The translations under genes were made by a program, and so were the position numbers. A model generated the notes under the pieces. That model was not told where the DNA came from, made no database searches, and saw only the letters and a list, made by a program, of their open reading frames with translations. From contig CAZPOV010000009.1 of the NCBI GenBank assembly GCA_964588335.1, positions 64,433 to 128,432 on the forward strand: a stretch of 64,000 nt of DNA, in the 5' to 3' direction. Of this stretch, positions 40,170 through 50,174 are shown in pieces. The DNA is from an uncultured Pseudobdellovibrionaceae bacterium (GTDB lineage: Bacteria > Bdellovibrionota > Bdellovibrionia > Bdellovibrionales > JAGQZY01). How positions within the stretch are numbered: the first letter of the stretch is position 1; each line of letters opens with the position of its first letter.

Positions 40170-41975
40170 ATGACTAAGAAGTCATATTTGGCATTTCTAT
40201 CAAATCAGCAAGGTATGAGCTTTCCGTTAGTCATGGTTCTAGGAGCCGTGGGTGCGGTTGTGGTTCTATCAATGTCTGAAACCATTGTGGGTGCCGCCGG
40301 GCTTATGTCGGATCGAAACAAAATTGTGGCCTACGAGAGTTTCGTTGAAAATATTCGCAACGTCATGGAAGATCCAGCAGCCTGTACTGAAATGTTAGAA
40401 GGAATTCGAGTCAATACTGGAATGGCGAGCACAACGTCTGTCGACGCTATTGATTCTGATTTTGATGAGGCGCCGGCGCTGGCTTCAACGCTGTTGACCA
40501 GTGATGCCGACAATATTCGTCGTGGCTGGCAAGATCCTGAAAAATCTTTTGGAATTGATCGCATGGAAATCGAAATTTTAGGTCGTGATGTGCCAGACCG
40601 ATCACAACGACCTTTTGTGGATAGTCATTACATGCAATTGGACAACCCGGCATTAACACCAAGTGTTCAACTGGCCTTTCCGGCGCGTTTTATTTTTCAT
40701 CCCTCGGGGATCAAGTCGAAAACATTGCGTGAATCCGAGATGTATGATGAGCGCTTTGAAGATGCCGATGCCGCTGTCGAAAATGCTAAAAAACTGATGC
40801 AGTTCGAAGATGCCAACACAGACAGTTTAGAGCGCGGACGGATTGACGTTCGTGTATTCTTGAACGTTCAAATGACGGCCGCCGGGCAGGGTATTATTCG
40901 AAGTTGTTATGGTTACAATAGTGCCGCGTCGATTTGTGCTGGTTCGGGGGGAACTTACCAATACAAGGAAGATCCGCAAGATCCTCATCCCGAAATTAAA
41001 TGTAAGCCTTGGAAAAAATGCTTTCAATCACCGGATGGTTTAGTCGACAGTAAGAATCAGTGTCCAGAACCGTTCAATCAAAAAGGCAAAGATGGCGAGT
41101 ATTTGTTTGCTGACAAGATTGGTGTCGCCGGCTCCGGAGATAAATATCTTTGTAACTGGTGCCATCCCTGGCCTTACGATAAAAATGGTCTTGATGAAAG
41201 TGGCGATGACTTAACTAAAAAAACCTTAGAGTGGCTCGAACAAGAATGGTTGCGTTTAGCTCAGTTGGCACAATCATTAATGCCTCATGTGCCAGACCCT
41301 CTTAATCCGCCACCGGCTTATGCTAATGAAATTTATAAGCTGGCTACGGAGTGGACCTATTTAGAGGAATTAACCAAAGAAAGTGGTTACGCCCAAGACA
41401 CCTCCAGTGCTGAATATAAAGAGGCCCGTGCCTTACAGGACGCGGTGATCGCTCTTCAAAATGACATCTTCGCGAAGAAGGCTGAAGTGGTTAATTTGGA
41501 AATGGAAGTTGAGGATTTAGAAGATGAACTTGAGGCTGTGAAGTTAGCAAAAATCAAAATGGCCTTCGGTGGTGAAGTTAAACAATCGGATGTCGATGCT
41601 GCAAAGGCGGCTATGGATACAGCCAAAGCGACTTACGATGCCGATCCAACAGCAGCCAACGAAATTGCCTATAACGATGCTAAAGGTGACTATGAGTCAG
41701 TTAAAGCCATGTATGAAGATCCAAATATTGAGAATACCATTAAAACTCAGTTAGCCACGGCCAAAGCACAGCTTTCGACCGCCAAGTCAGAATTGGCGCA
41801 ACTAGAGGCTGATCTCGCAGCCGCCATCGCGGCCAGAGACTCAATGACCACTTCGACTGGCCAGTCTGTTGAGGACTTTTTGAACCCCATCGAATCGGTC
41901 AAAACTCAGTTGGTCACTGATTTTGGTATTGACGAGTCGGTGATTGTTTTTATGGATGAAGTGCGTGGATTCTAA
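40170..41975 (+). CDS. large pilin-like protein (PilX/GspK-type, no Glu5) with C-terminal coiled coil
   Basis: NQQG|MSFPLVMVLG prepilin-like site, Cys-rich middle, Ala/Glu/Lys heptad tail. Confidence 0.7.
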   Translation: MTKKSYLAFLSNQQGMSFPLVMVLGAVGAVVVLSMSETIVGAAGLMSDRNKIVAYESFVENIRNVMEDPAACTEMLEGIRVNTGMASTTSVDAIDSDFDEAPALASTLLTSDADNIRRGWQDPEKSFGIDRMEIEILGRDVPDRSQRPFVDSHYMQLDNPALTPSVQLAFPARFIFHPSGIKSKTLRESEMYDERFEDADAAVENAKKLMQFEDANTDSLERGRIDVRVFLNVQMTAAGQGIIRSCYGYNSAASICAGSGGTYQYKEDPQDPHPEIKCKPWKKCFQSPDGLVDSKNQCPEPFNQKGKDGEYLFADKIGVAGSGDKYLCNWCHPWPYDKNGLDESGDDLTKKTLEWLEQEWLRLAQLAQSLMPHVPDPLNPPPAYANEIYKLATEWTYLEELTKESGYAQDTSSAEYKEARALQDAVIALQNDIFAKKAEVVNLEMEVEDLEDELEAVKLAKIKMAFGGEVKQSDVDAAKAAMDTAKATYDADPTAANEIAYNDAKGDYESVKAMYEDPNIENTIKTQLATAKAQLSTAKSELAQLEADLAAAIAARDSMTTSTGQSVEDFLNPIESVKTQLVTDFGIDESVIVFMDEVRGF

Positions 41976-42799
41976 GGGTAGTAAACCTTCAGTTCATCGG
42001 CACCCCTGGTGTCGATGAAGTCAGCGATCTGTTTGAACTCAGAATGATGTTGGGCGGCTATCCACGCGATTCCCGATTTTAAAACGGGTAGAAAAGTTCC
42101 CTTGGTGCGAAACTTCCAAGTCACCTTTTGTTGCGAGTCCATCACACGAAAAGCTTGGGTAACAAGACGAGCATCCAACTCTTTTGGAAGGTGATCTTGG
42201 AAATCTGAGGCCGGAAAAACCAGGCCGCGTCTTTTCTCCTCACTTCCCTTAAACTCGACAAAGCCTAGAAGGGGGAGTTGATCTCTCTTGGTTCCTAAAA
42301 AGCTTTCTGGTAGAGGGTTTTTAAACCAGATTTTCAGTGTCGTATTAGAAACATCGTGGGACCATCCGAAAAAATCACCAACCGTCCACTCAGATAGGTT
42401 AAAATCTTTAATCTTTGTTTGCAGAAAAGCTTCAACATATTTGTATCCCGACTCGTTCCAGCTTGGCAGTCCGGCATAGTAACAGGAGTGTTTCCTTTGG
42501 TCTGCGATCAGGTGATGGCGGGTTAAAAAGTTTTCGACGTAGTGATCCGACCGTAAAGGTTGACCAAATGTTTCAACGTTCTTAAGCCAATAAGAAAACA
42601 GCTGTTTTTCTTGAGAGCTCATTTGGTTAGTAAAGTCGAACCATTGAGCCTGGTACCAATCCCAATAGCGACGAAGATAGGCTTGCACATACGACTTTGG
42701 GGGACGCCCGAGAATGCGGTCCAAGGGATAGGCCAGCGCGCCGCGAGACAGAAGGGTCCAATGGACAAGGTTTACTAAAAAAGTTCGTCGACTGATCAC
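41972..42799 (-). CDS. hypothetical protein with Tat-like signal
   Basis: MISRRTFL ... ALA; 4-bp overlap with upstream gene. Confidence 0.65.
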   Translation of the reverse strand: MISRRTFLVNLVHWTLLSRGALAYPLDRILGRPPKSYVQAYLRRYWDWYQAQWFDFTNQMSSQEKQLFSYWLKNVETFGQPLRSDHYVENFLTRHHLIADQRKHSCYYAGLPSWNESGYKYVEAFLQTKIKDFNLSEWTVGDFFGWSHDVSNTTLKIWFKNPLPESFLGTKRDQLPLLGFVEFKGSEEKRRGLVFPASDFQDHLPKELDARLVTQAFRVMDSQQKVTWKFRTKGTFLPVLKSGIAWIAAQHHSEFKQIADFIDTRGADELKVYYP

Positions 42800-44985
42800 C
42801 AGCTCACCACCTTTTTAGGGCGATAGACACTGTTGACTTGGTCGGAATCAGGGAGTTGCAGAACTTCTTGAATGGGAACCAAATTGACAAAACTTGAATT
42901 TGGTAAGGTTTCAGGCAAAGACTGATAGTTAAAAGCCAATGCTCTTTGTTGTCTTTCAGCGTATATAAAAGGCTCGATGGATCCGAAAGGTAAAACGGTT
43001 TGAAAGCCTGAGGTCTTGAGCGTGTTCAAAAGGGTTGCGGTTGGCCTTAAATGATCCGATGAATTGTTATTGAATCGAAAAGAAATGGGGGCGTTCATTA
43101 TCAAAAACCCCTTGGCATCCAGTCGACGAGCCACCAGACGATAAAACTCTTGTGAATACAGCCGTGAGAGCTCGTAGTTGGTTGGGTAAGGAAAGTCGAC
43201 AAAAATGGCATCAAACACCTGCTGGTGGGACTTCAGCCAAGAGAAAGCATCCTCTGTGAACACTTTTAGACGGCTGCTTTCAAAGATATTGCCGTTGGCT
43301 TTTTTAATTCGCCAATGACTTTTTGCCAGATCAATCATCGCCGGATCCAACTCGATAAGAGTCATCGACTGTATTCCTTTTTGCTGACTTAGTTTATGGG
43401 CGAGAAGCCCGTCTCCGCCTCCAAGAATAAGAACTTTCTTTGGCTTTGTTTCTGCCAGATTTAAAGCGCCAACACTAAAAGAGTCATGATAAAGATCGTG
43501 ATAGAACAATGAAAACTGCGGTTGTTGGTTTATATAAAGGTGCAAGTCATCGTATCCGGTGCCGGTATTGGGTATCTCAGTGCGAACCAAGTCAATATTT
43601 TGGTAAGGGGTGACTATTCTTCGGATATCTGAAAGCTCGCGATCCAATGTTTGAAAGCTATTAAAAGTCTGTAAAGAGAGTTTTGCCACTTTCACTTTGT
43701 TGTAGGTGGCTTTTAAATAAATTTGTTCCCATTGCTTTGTTAGGTCGGGGACAAACGCTAAAGCCAGTGCAATCAAAGCCAAACCAGAAAAAAGATCTAG
43801 GCGTGGCATACTAAAAACTCCACGAAAAACCAAAAATAAAAAAACATTGGTGGCCACCACCAAAATTAAACTGATCTGTAAACCGAAAGAGGGCAACAAA
43901 TAAAGGCTGACGACGACACTGGCAACAAGTGCTCCTAGGTAATTCCAAAAGAAAAGTGCCGGCCAGGCTTTTTGATCTTCCGTTGATAAAGATTTCATCA
44001 GTATTGGCAGTTCATGACCTGATAGAAAACCGATCCAGCCGATGAAAAGAAGAAAAAAGAACTGCATAACAATTTGGCTTTGGGGTGTGAAAAAATAAGT
44101 TGTCCACATTGTGGCCAGTACAAAACCGAGTAGCGGAAGGCACAAGGCACTGGCTATCAGCATTGTTTCGATTTTGATCAATTGCTTACCAAGGTTTTTA
44201 TCGTTGACGGTAAATGATCCTAAGGCCATTCCCATAAGAAAAAATCCGATTCCGTAAGTCATTGCATAAACTTCGTTATGAAAGAAATCCACCACCCAGC
44301 GCGCCATTAGAAGTTCATAGGACAGACTGCAGAACGAAAACATGAAGCTTAGAAACAGCAGTCGACCTTTGCGGAGGTGTGAATGGCTTTCTTTGCATGA
44401 GACATTTTCGGTGAAAGGCAAAACCAGGAGGAGGAGAAGTGTCAATGCACCGATGACCAAATTCGCGTAAATCAAATTAAAGACACCAAGTTTTTGAAAC
44501 AGGAAAGGAAACGCCATACAAGCGATAAACATTCCTAAATAGTCGAAGCCTAAAATATGGGACTCTTTTGAGCCAACGGTGGTTTGTCCCAGAAAAATAA
44601 GAACAGGGAGGTCGAGACCGGTGATCAGGCCGACAACAATAAGCGGTGCATAGGCCAGCCAAGCGAAGGGGTTGGCTAAGGTGAGCTGCCAGGTCTCACC
44701 AATGGTGTAAATGAGCGCTGGCCCGAGAATCGAAAGGCTGATTAGACTGAGGGTGGAGAAAATTAAAATCTTAGAATGGTCGAAGAGGCTCCCCAGTCGC
44801 AAGTAAAGCAACGACCCCATGCCCAACGAAAAAATAAACAGGCCGATTCCTAACTGGTACTGGAGAAGTGTTCCACCTAAGCTGGCGGCAATGGTCTGAG
44901 TGATATTAGTTTCAACTAAAAAGCCGTTGCCTGCACACAAAAGTGTGATCAACAGAATTGTTGGTTTTTGTATTGATTGAGTCAT
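42796..44985 (-). CDS. membrane-fused spermidine synthase-like aminopropyltransferase
   Basis: two hydrophobic TM modules then TPYQNI, LILGGGDG, IELDPAMI, EDAF, VDFP, LYSQEFY. Confidence 0.85.
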   Translation of the reverse strand: MTQSIQKPTILLITLLCAGNGFLVETNITQTIAASLGGTLLQYQLGIGLFIFSLGMGSLLYLRLGSLFDHSKILIFSTLSLISLSILGPALIYTIGETWQLTLANPFAWLAYAPLIVVGLITGLDLPVLIFLGQTTVGSKESHILGFDYLGMFIACMAFPFLFQKLGVFNLIYANLVIGALTLLLLLVLPFTENVSCKESHSHLRKGRLLFLSFMFSFCSLSYELLMARWVVDFFHNEVYAMTYGIGFFLMGMALGSFTVNDKNLGKQLIKIETMLIASALCLPLLGFVLATMWTTYFFTPQSQIVMQFFFLLFIGWIGFLSGHELPILMKSLSTEDQKAWPALFFWNYLGALVASVVVSLYLLPSFGLQISLILVVATNVFLFLVFRGVFSMPRLDLFSGLALIALALAFVPDLTKQWEQIYLKATYNKVKVAKLSLQTFNSFQTLDRELSDIRRIVTPYQNIDLVRTEIPNTGTGYDDLHLYINQQPQFSLFYHDLYHDSFSVGALNLAETKPKKVLILGGGDGLLAHKLSQQKGIQSMTLIELDPAMIDLAKSHWRIKKANGNIFESSRLKVFTEDAFSWLKSHQQVFDAIFVDFPYPTNYELSRLYSQEFYRLVARRLDAKGFLIMNAPISFRFNNNSSDHLRPTATLLNTLKTSGFQTVLPFGSIEPFIYAERQQRALAFNYQSLPETLPNSSFVNLVPIQEVLQLPDSDQVNSVYRPKKVVSW

Positions 44986-45746
44986 TATTTCTTGGAATTT
45001 TGAGGAGGGTCCATGGCTTCAATTTGACCAAATATCTTATCCAGATATCCGTCATTGCTATCCAATCTTCCTGGCGGAGCTGTGTATACGAAGACATAAC
45101 TGCCTTTCTTGTCTTTTCGATTCACCAAAGCAAAATGCACTTTCTGGCCATCGTCGGTGTCTGCACTCATGACGTCGATCTGTGAAATACCCTTTTTCCT
45201 TGAAGCTCCTGGAATGCTCTGGGGTTTTGAGAAATTACTAAGCTTTTTACCGTTAAGATTGGGGATGGCATCACTCTCCTCTTCCATGTATTGGCGCACT
45301 TGCTCAATGGTGGTTGGTCCCGGTCGAGCCGCCGCGGTGAGGGCTTCTTTCGAGTGAGAATTGTAGCCATAAATGGTTTTAACCCCATCTTCGATATCGA
45401 CATCGATGTAATTCAGGTGGCCTGGCAACGGGACTTTTAAGAATGTTTGTTTGGTAAATCGTCGTTTGCTGATCTGGGACTTGATTTCAATCTGTTTTTT
45501 TACAGAAACCTTTGGGGCGTCTATTTTCTTTTTTGCGCGGGCCGATAGAAGGCGAGGTTTTTGATTGGTTGGATTTGCGCGATAGCGGCGTTCTTCCGGT
45601 TTGACAAGTCGTCCCTTCGCAATCGGGGCAATATCTCCTTGCTCTGCACGCTCAAGAGTATAGAATTTATACAGAAGCACTGCGCCGGCACACAACATGA
45701 GGCCAAAAAGGCCATATAATAATTTTTCTTTGGTGTCGTGGGGCAT
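44985..45746 (-). CDS. hypothetical single-TM basic protein
   Basis: start MPHDTKEK avoids overlap with the divergent pilin gene; N-terminal TM. Confidence 0.65.
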   Translation of the reverse strand: MPHDTKEKLLYGLFGLMLCAGAVLLYKFYTLERAEQGDIAPIAKGRLVKPEERRYRANPTNQKPRLLSARAKKKIDAPKVSVKKQIEIKSQISKRRFTKQTFLKVPLPGHLNYIDVDIEDGVKTIYGYNSHSKEALTAAARPGPTTIEQVRQYMEEESDAIPNLNGKKLSNFSKPQSIPGASRKKGISQIDVMSADTDDGQKVHFALVNRKDKKGSYVFVYTAPPGRLDSNDGYLDKIFGQIEAMDPPQNSKK

Positions 45747-45793
45747 AGTGAAATTGGAACATATATGTAATTGACACGCAACGGGGAAGTGCA

Positions 45794-46693
45794 ATGAAAT
45801 CGAAATTAAGCGCATCAAAAGGGATGTCCCTAATAGAAGTCATGGTGACCACGGCGGTGGCTTCAATTATTATGGTAGCCATTGGGAACTCGCTAATTAG
45901 CCTTTACCAACATCAAAGCACCGTGACTGCAAAAGATGAAGGCAACGAATTTGCCGCCGATTTCTCACGTTTGTTATCACAAAATGATGTGTGCACTTCG
46001 ATGCTTAATGGAATCACTCTCAGTGCCAGTGGTGCACCTATTGAAATCACAATTCCCGACCTGATTACAGCCAATAAGCAAAAAGCCCTAACCGACCCAG
46101 CCGCCGACGACTTGCAAGCCGGAACTGATATTTATAATGGTCTTCGCACACTGAGTTTGACCATAGAAAACTCCAGCCTGCCGGATCAAGAAACTGAAAT
46201 AGACCTGACTCCTAACGATGCCGATACAACTTTAACCACGGTTGTGCGTCGAGTGGCCGAGATTGAACTGCGTTTAGGTATTGTGAAAGCCGATAACGTC
46301 CAAGAGTTAAAACCCAGGCGGTACCAGGTTCCCGTTATGGCACTACAATCAAATGACCGGATCCACAGTTGCGCGACCGAACTTCAAGTCACTGATGCCT
46401 GCTCAACCATAGGAAGCGCCTACGATCCGACCACTGGCTCCTGTGTGCCATCCACAAACTGTTTTATGAAAGGTGCTTACACTACGGTCAATTGTAAAAG
46501 TTCCGACGGTGTGTTAACTGGTTGTCCCGATCCTGTTTTAAATAAAATCACCAGTGGGCAGAACTGTCCGGGAGCTGGAATGGCGACGGAGTCGGGAAGA
46601 AACAGTTTTCAAATTGCTGAAGACTGTGGAAAAAAGTGTACCCGGTACTATGATGTGGAGATTATCTACTATATATGTTTGGAGTGTAGCTAA
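45794..46693 (+). CDS. type IV pilin-like protein with Cys-rich C-terminus
   Basis: KG|MSLIEVMV N-methylation motif with Glu5. Confidence 0.85.
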   Translation: MKSKLSASKGMSLIEVMVTTAVASIIMVAIGNSLISLYQHQSTVTAKDEGNEFAADFSRLLSQNDVCTSMLNGITLSASGAPIEITIPDLITANKQKALTDPAADDLQAGTDIYNGLRTLSLTIENSSLPDQETEIDLTPNDADTTLTTVVRRVAEIELRLGIVKADNVQELKPRRYQVPVMALQSNDRIHSCATELQVTDACSTIGSAYDPTTGSCVPSTNCFMKGAYTTVNCKSSDGVLTGCPDPVLNKITSGQNCPGAGMATESGRNSFQIAEDCGKKCTRYYDVEIIYYICLECS

Positions 46694-47676
46694 GATTCAA
46701 AGACCTTAGCAAATTCAGGGTCCTTTTTTCGCCATATCACGGCATCTAGAAAATAGTGTGTCATTAACGGGGTGACCACCAAACTAACCGCCAGCGAGGT
46801 GCCCCAGTCTCCGCGGTATTCAAAGGAAGCGGCCGATTTTACGAAGTTGATTTGGGTGAGATACTCTAAGAAACCGAAAACAGCACTGACAACGACTACC
46901 GGAATGATCAAAAGCCAAAGACTTAACTTGCGATTCGAGGTTCTTTCTAAAACTCGAGCAGTCAAAAAGAAGTAAGCGATGCCGTGAATAGCGACCATTG
47001 GCACTAAAACCTGATCGACAGTGGTTCCTAAACTAAAACAGCAGAAGTTCACCAAACCCGGAAACAGAATCGAGAAAAACACCGGACTTTGCAATTGGCC
47101 TTGTTTATGAAGTCTCAAGGAATAAGAAAAAAAAGTGAAAAGCGTTAATGCATTCAGACCAAGAAAGATAAGGAAGAGAGTTTGATCAGGATAAAAGAAG
47201 AATTCTTTTTCATGATAGATTCCACTGTAACGAAAGCTTTTAAAGTGAAAACCAATAAAAGGAAGGACCGTTAAAGCGTAAAGAAACAGGCCACTGTTCG
47301 GGATCGAGTGATTGATTTTTTCGTACCATTTTAGAATTCCGTAGTGCTGGCGCGTGTTGTGATAGAAAGTGGCATACAGAACAAAACTCCACAGGTAGGG
47401 GACTCCAAGGTAAGCCCAACTAAAAAAGATAAGAAAGCATAGTAGGGGGACGCTAAGATACAACGGACTGGAGAAAACAATGTTCTTCTTGAAGTAAGTT
47501 CTGAAGGCCGTGGCATAGGCATGACCGGAGTCAATAAACACATAGGCCACCAAGGCTAACAGTCCCCAGGCTTTTCCTTGTGGGGTGTACATCAAAAGCA
47601 AGATCAATGGAAAGGCGGCGCCCCAAAGGACCGCGAAATCTTTGATAAAGCTGTTGAAAATCCACTGTTTTTTCAT
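46690..47676 (-). CDS. polytopic membrane protein with conserved His motifs
   Basis: GHAYAT, YHNTRQHYG, HGIAY, HYFLDAVIW. Confidence 0.65.
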   Translation of the reverse strand: MKKQWIFNSFIKDFAVLWGAAFPLILLLMYTPQGKAWGLLALVAYVFIDSGHAYATAFRTYFKKNIVFSSPLYLSVPLLCFLIFFSWAYLGVPYLWSFVLYATFYHNTRQHYGILKWYEKINHSIPNSGLFLYALTVLPFIGFHFKSFRYSGIYHEKEFFFYPDQTLFLIFLGLNALTLFTFFSYSLRLHKQGQLQSPVFFSILFPGLVNFCCFSLGTTVDQVLVPMVAIHGIAYFFLTARVLERTSNRKLSLWLLIIPVVVVSAVFGFLEYLTQINFVKSAASFEYRGDWGTSLAVSLVVTPLMTHYFLDAVIWRKKDPEFAKVFES

Positions 47677-47711
47677 TTTTCCCCAAGTCTCCTTATGATA
47701 GTTTCAAGTCC

Positions 47712-48182
47712 ATGCTTCGATTGTCAATATTGTCCCTCTATTTATGCTTAGTCTCCGCCATCGGACTCACCTTTGGTCCTTTCGAAGACACGGCATTTCA
47801 GCTGTATAATATTTTTTCGACTTTAGGGACCAATCCCTCTTTCACACCAGTGACCTCGGATATGTCGATGATGACTAATGAGAAAGGCAGCAATAACTTT
47901 GCGAAGCCGTTACAGTTGATTGCATACCAATCGGCTGAAAGTTGGAGAGTCTTTTTGCCAAGTGAATTGGATCTGTATCGCCTCAAAATTCCTATTATTC
48001 TTTTGTTGGAACAAGCCGCAGAGGGAATCGATTTAAAAGAGGCGCGCTATGCTATTTGTCATCAGTTGGCAAAAGAGTTAGGAGGACCATTAATATCATT
48101 TGCTGTGACCGAGGGCCGCATTCAGGTCTCTGACTTTCTTTTTCAACGGGAGTTTGATTGTGATTTTACCCCGATTGAATGA
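47712..48182 (+). CDS. hypothetical exported/membrane-anchored protein
   Basis: N-terminal hydrophobic segment; overlaps HTTM gene. Confidence 0.55.
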   Translation: MLRLSILSLYLCLVSAIGLTFGPFEDTAFQLYNIFSTLGTNPSFTPVTSDMSMMTNEKGSNNFAKPLQLIAYQSAESWRVFLPSELDLYRLKIPIILLLEQAAEGIDLKEARYAICHQLAKELGGPLISFAVTEGRIQVSDFLFQREFDCDFTPIE

Positions 48183-49002
48183 TCAACAGGTTTTTTCAGC
48201 GCTGCGAGTGACTTGTGGGTTGCATTTTTTATTGCTGCAGCTATTGATCCAGCTTCCTAATTTTAACACTTTCTATTCGGCTCAAGGTATGGTTGATCCT
48301 TATCTTTTTGAATTTTATCGACAGTCACCTTTGTTCTTCATTTGGCCGTGGGACGGACTAAAATTTTTTCTTTTTATAGTAACTATTCTATTGAGCGGCT
48401 TTTTTGCGTTGGGTCTTTGGGCGCGTATTGTCCACCTCCCTCTGTTTTTTCTCACTCTCAGTTTCCAGATGGCCAACCCGATGGTGATCCATGAGCCGCA
48501 GCAACTCTTGCAATTGCTTCTTTTTGTTTTGTGGTTTGTTCCCTACGAAAACCATTACTGTATTAAGCGCAGCATGGGCTTCGACTCCTATGAGTATCTC
48601 CGAGAGAAATGGGGAAGAAAATGTGTGTATGTCATACAAGGATTTTTAGCCTACTACTATTTACTTGCAGGTATTAAAAAGCTTCCCGACCCCCTTTGGC
48701 GTTCTGGCGAGGCGGTCGGAGTTCTCCTAAAGTCTCCATACCTAGGAAGATCTCACTTTTTGGTGGATTGGCTGACTCAATCTTCGTTGACGAGAATGGC
48801 GACATATTCGGTATTAGCTTTCGAACTCCTATTTATAACTTTGGTCTTTACCAGACACCGAGTTTACCTATTTTGGATGGGTGTGATGTTTCACCTGTCC
48901 ATATTTATTTTTATGGATGTCGGGCTTTTCTGGGCGGCGATGTTGATGTGGTATCCAGTCCTCCTTTTTAAAAAGGATGCCAAAAAACCATCGGGCCTTT
49001 GA
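48154..49002 (+). CDS. HTTM-domain membrane protein
   Basis: YYYLLAGIKKL.DP.WRSGEA, LAFELLF, GVMFHLSIFIFMDVGLF. Confidence 0.8.
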   Translation: MIVILPRLNDQQVFSALRVTCGLHFLLLQLLIQLPNFNTFYSAQGMVDPYLFEFYRQSPLFFIWPWDGLKFFLFIVTILLSGFFALGLWARIVHLPLFFLTLSFQMANPMVIHEPQQLLQLLLFVLWFVPYENHYCIKRSMGFDSYEYLREKWGRKCVYVIQGFLAYYYLLAGIKKLPDPLWRSGEAVGVLLKSPYLGRSHFLVDWLTQSSLTRMATYSVLAFELLFITLVFTRHRVYLFWMGVMFHLSIFIFMDVGLFWAAMLMWYPVLLFKKDAKKPSGL

Positions 49003-49966
49003 ATTCTTTAATGGGTTTTGCAGATTTAAAGTTGTAGAGACTGGCGATACTTCCACGGTTCTCATTACTAATAAGGTAATGCTGCCCTTTTTTCACCATG
49101 GCATAATTGTCTGAAAAACTTTTTGGAAGTTCAATCTCTGTGGTTTTTTCACAGTTGTCCTCGCAAAGCAAAAATGGTTTCACCGGATGGAGTTCGTCAT
49201 CCAAAGATTTTTTAAACAGCAGACCCTTGTCGCCGTCTAACGCTAGGTATCCTATGCTTTCAATTCCGTTGTCGACCACCTGCAACTTCTTTTCGAAACG
49301 ACTCAGGTCCCAAAAGCTGGAAGATGGTAGTTTCTCACAATTATTCCCGGAGCATTCGTTGTAGGTGACAATTTGTCGTGAACTAAGAACACTCATATTG
49401 TAGAGATCCTCGTCGAAGTGGCTATTGTTAAATCGTCCGACAAGCTTAATTTTTTCTGTTTTCCATTTTTTTGCACCTTTGAGCCATCGTCGAATCACTC
49501 CGGCCGCTTTTTGTTCGGTGGCAACTCCATTAAAACTATACGGATCGATGGCTTGGCTTTGAAATTCATAGCTGTCTTGCTTGTTAACGCGAACATGCTT
49601 TACGCCGGGATCGATCACCATAACATGAATGGAATTGTACTGGCCTTTCACCCCCCAAATAACCTCTGAGCTAGAATTAAAGCCTTTGCGAGCCGATTTG
49701 ATATTGGTAATGACTTTTGGATTTTTCGACCATCGATTGGCCCAATAAACATTGTGGTCAATGGAATAGTAAAACGATTTGTCTTTCAACCAGACGATTT
49801 GGTTGGGGCATTTCTTGGTTTTAAAGTAGACTTTGTCTTTGCCTTTTTCCACATCATACAGCTTCCACTCACAGCGACTGCTTTTATTAACCAAGTGGAA
49901 AATATGGGAGGCCCAAATCGACTTAAAAGGAATTATCACTATAAATAGGCAAAGTAATAGTTTCAT
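48968..49966 (-). CDS. hypothetical secreted protein
   Basis: signal peptide, GGAGG RBS, 332-aa ORF. Confidence 0.7.
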   Translation of the reverse strand: MKLLLCLFIVIIPFKSIWASHIFHLVNKSSRCEWKLYDVEKGKDKVYFKTKKCPNQIVWLKDKSFYYSIDHNVYWANRWSKNPKVITNIKSARKGFNSSSEVIWGVKGQYNSIHVMVIDPGVKHVRVNKQDSYEFQSQAIDPYSFNGVATEQKAAGVIRRWLKGAKKWKTEKIKLVGRFNNSHFDEDLYNMSVLSSRQIVTYNECSGNNCEKLPSSSFWDLSRFEKKLQVVDNGIESIGYLALDGDKGLLFKKSLDDELHPVKPFLLCEDNCEKTTEIELPKSFSDNYAMVKKGQHYLISNENRGSIASLYNFKSAKPIKEFKGPMVFWHPF

Positions 49967-50174
49967 AGAATCCTCCTAGTTGATTGCGTCCCGACCTCTT
50001 GGTTTTAAAAACGTAGGCTATGGAGTTTAATTATCCTCGATATTCGATGCCATGCCCATTTGATGCTTCAATCTCAGATTTTAAAGTCTGGGTTTGTTTT
50101 CAGGAATCGATGTGTTTTAGGAAACTGGAATTTTCTGTCAATTCCTTGAATGACTGGAATTGAGACAGGGTTGT

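Noticed and set aside
47752-47760. TCTCCGCCA matching the tRNA 3' end as a possible attR
   Set aside because: Only 9 nt, inside a CDS, no integrase; expected by chance.
49967-50060. GGGACGCAA on the minus strand as a c-di-GMP-I riboswitch
   Set aside because: Flanking GCAAA/GAAA tetraloop-receptor elements not found, and the motif abuts the RBS.
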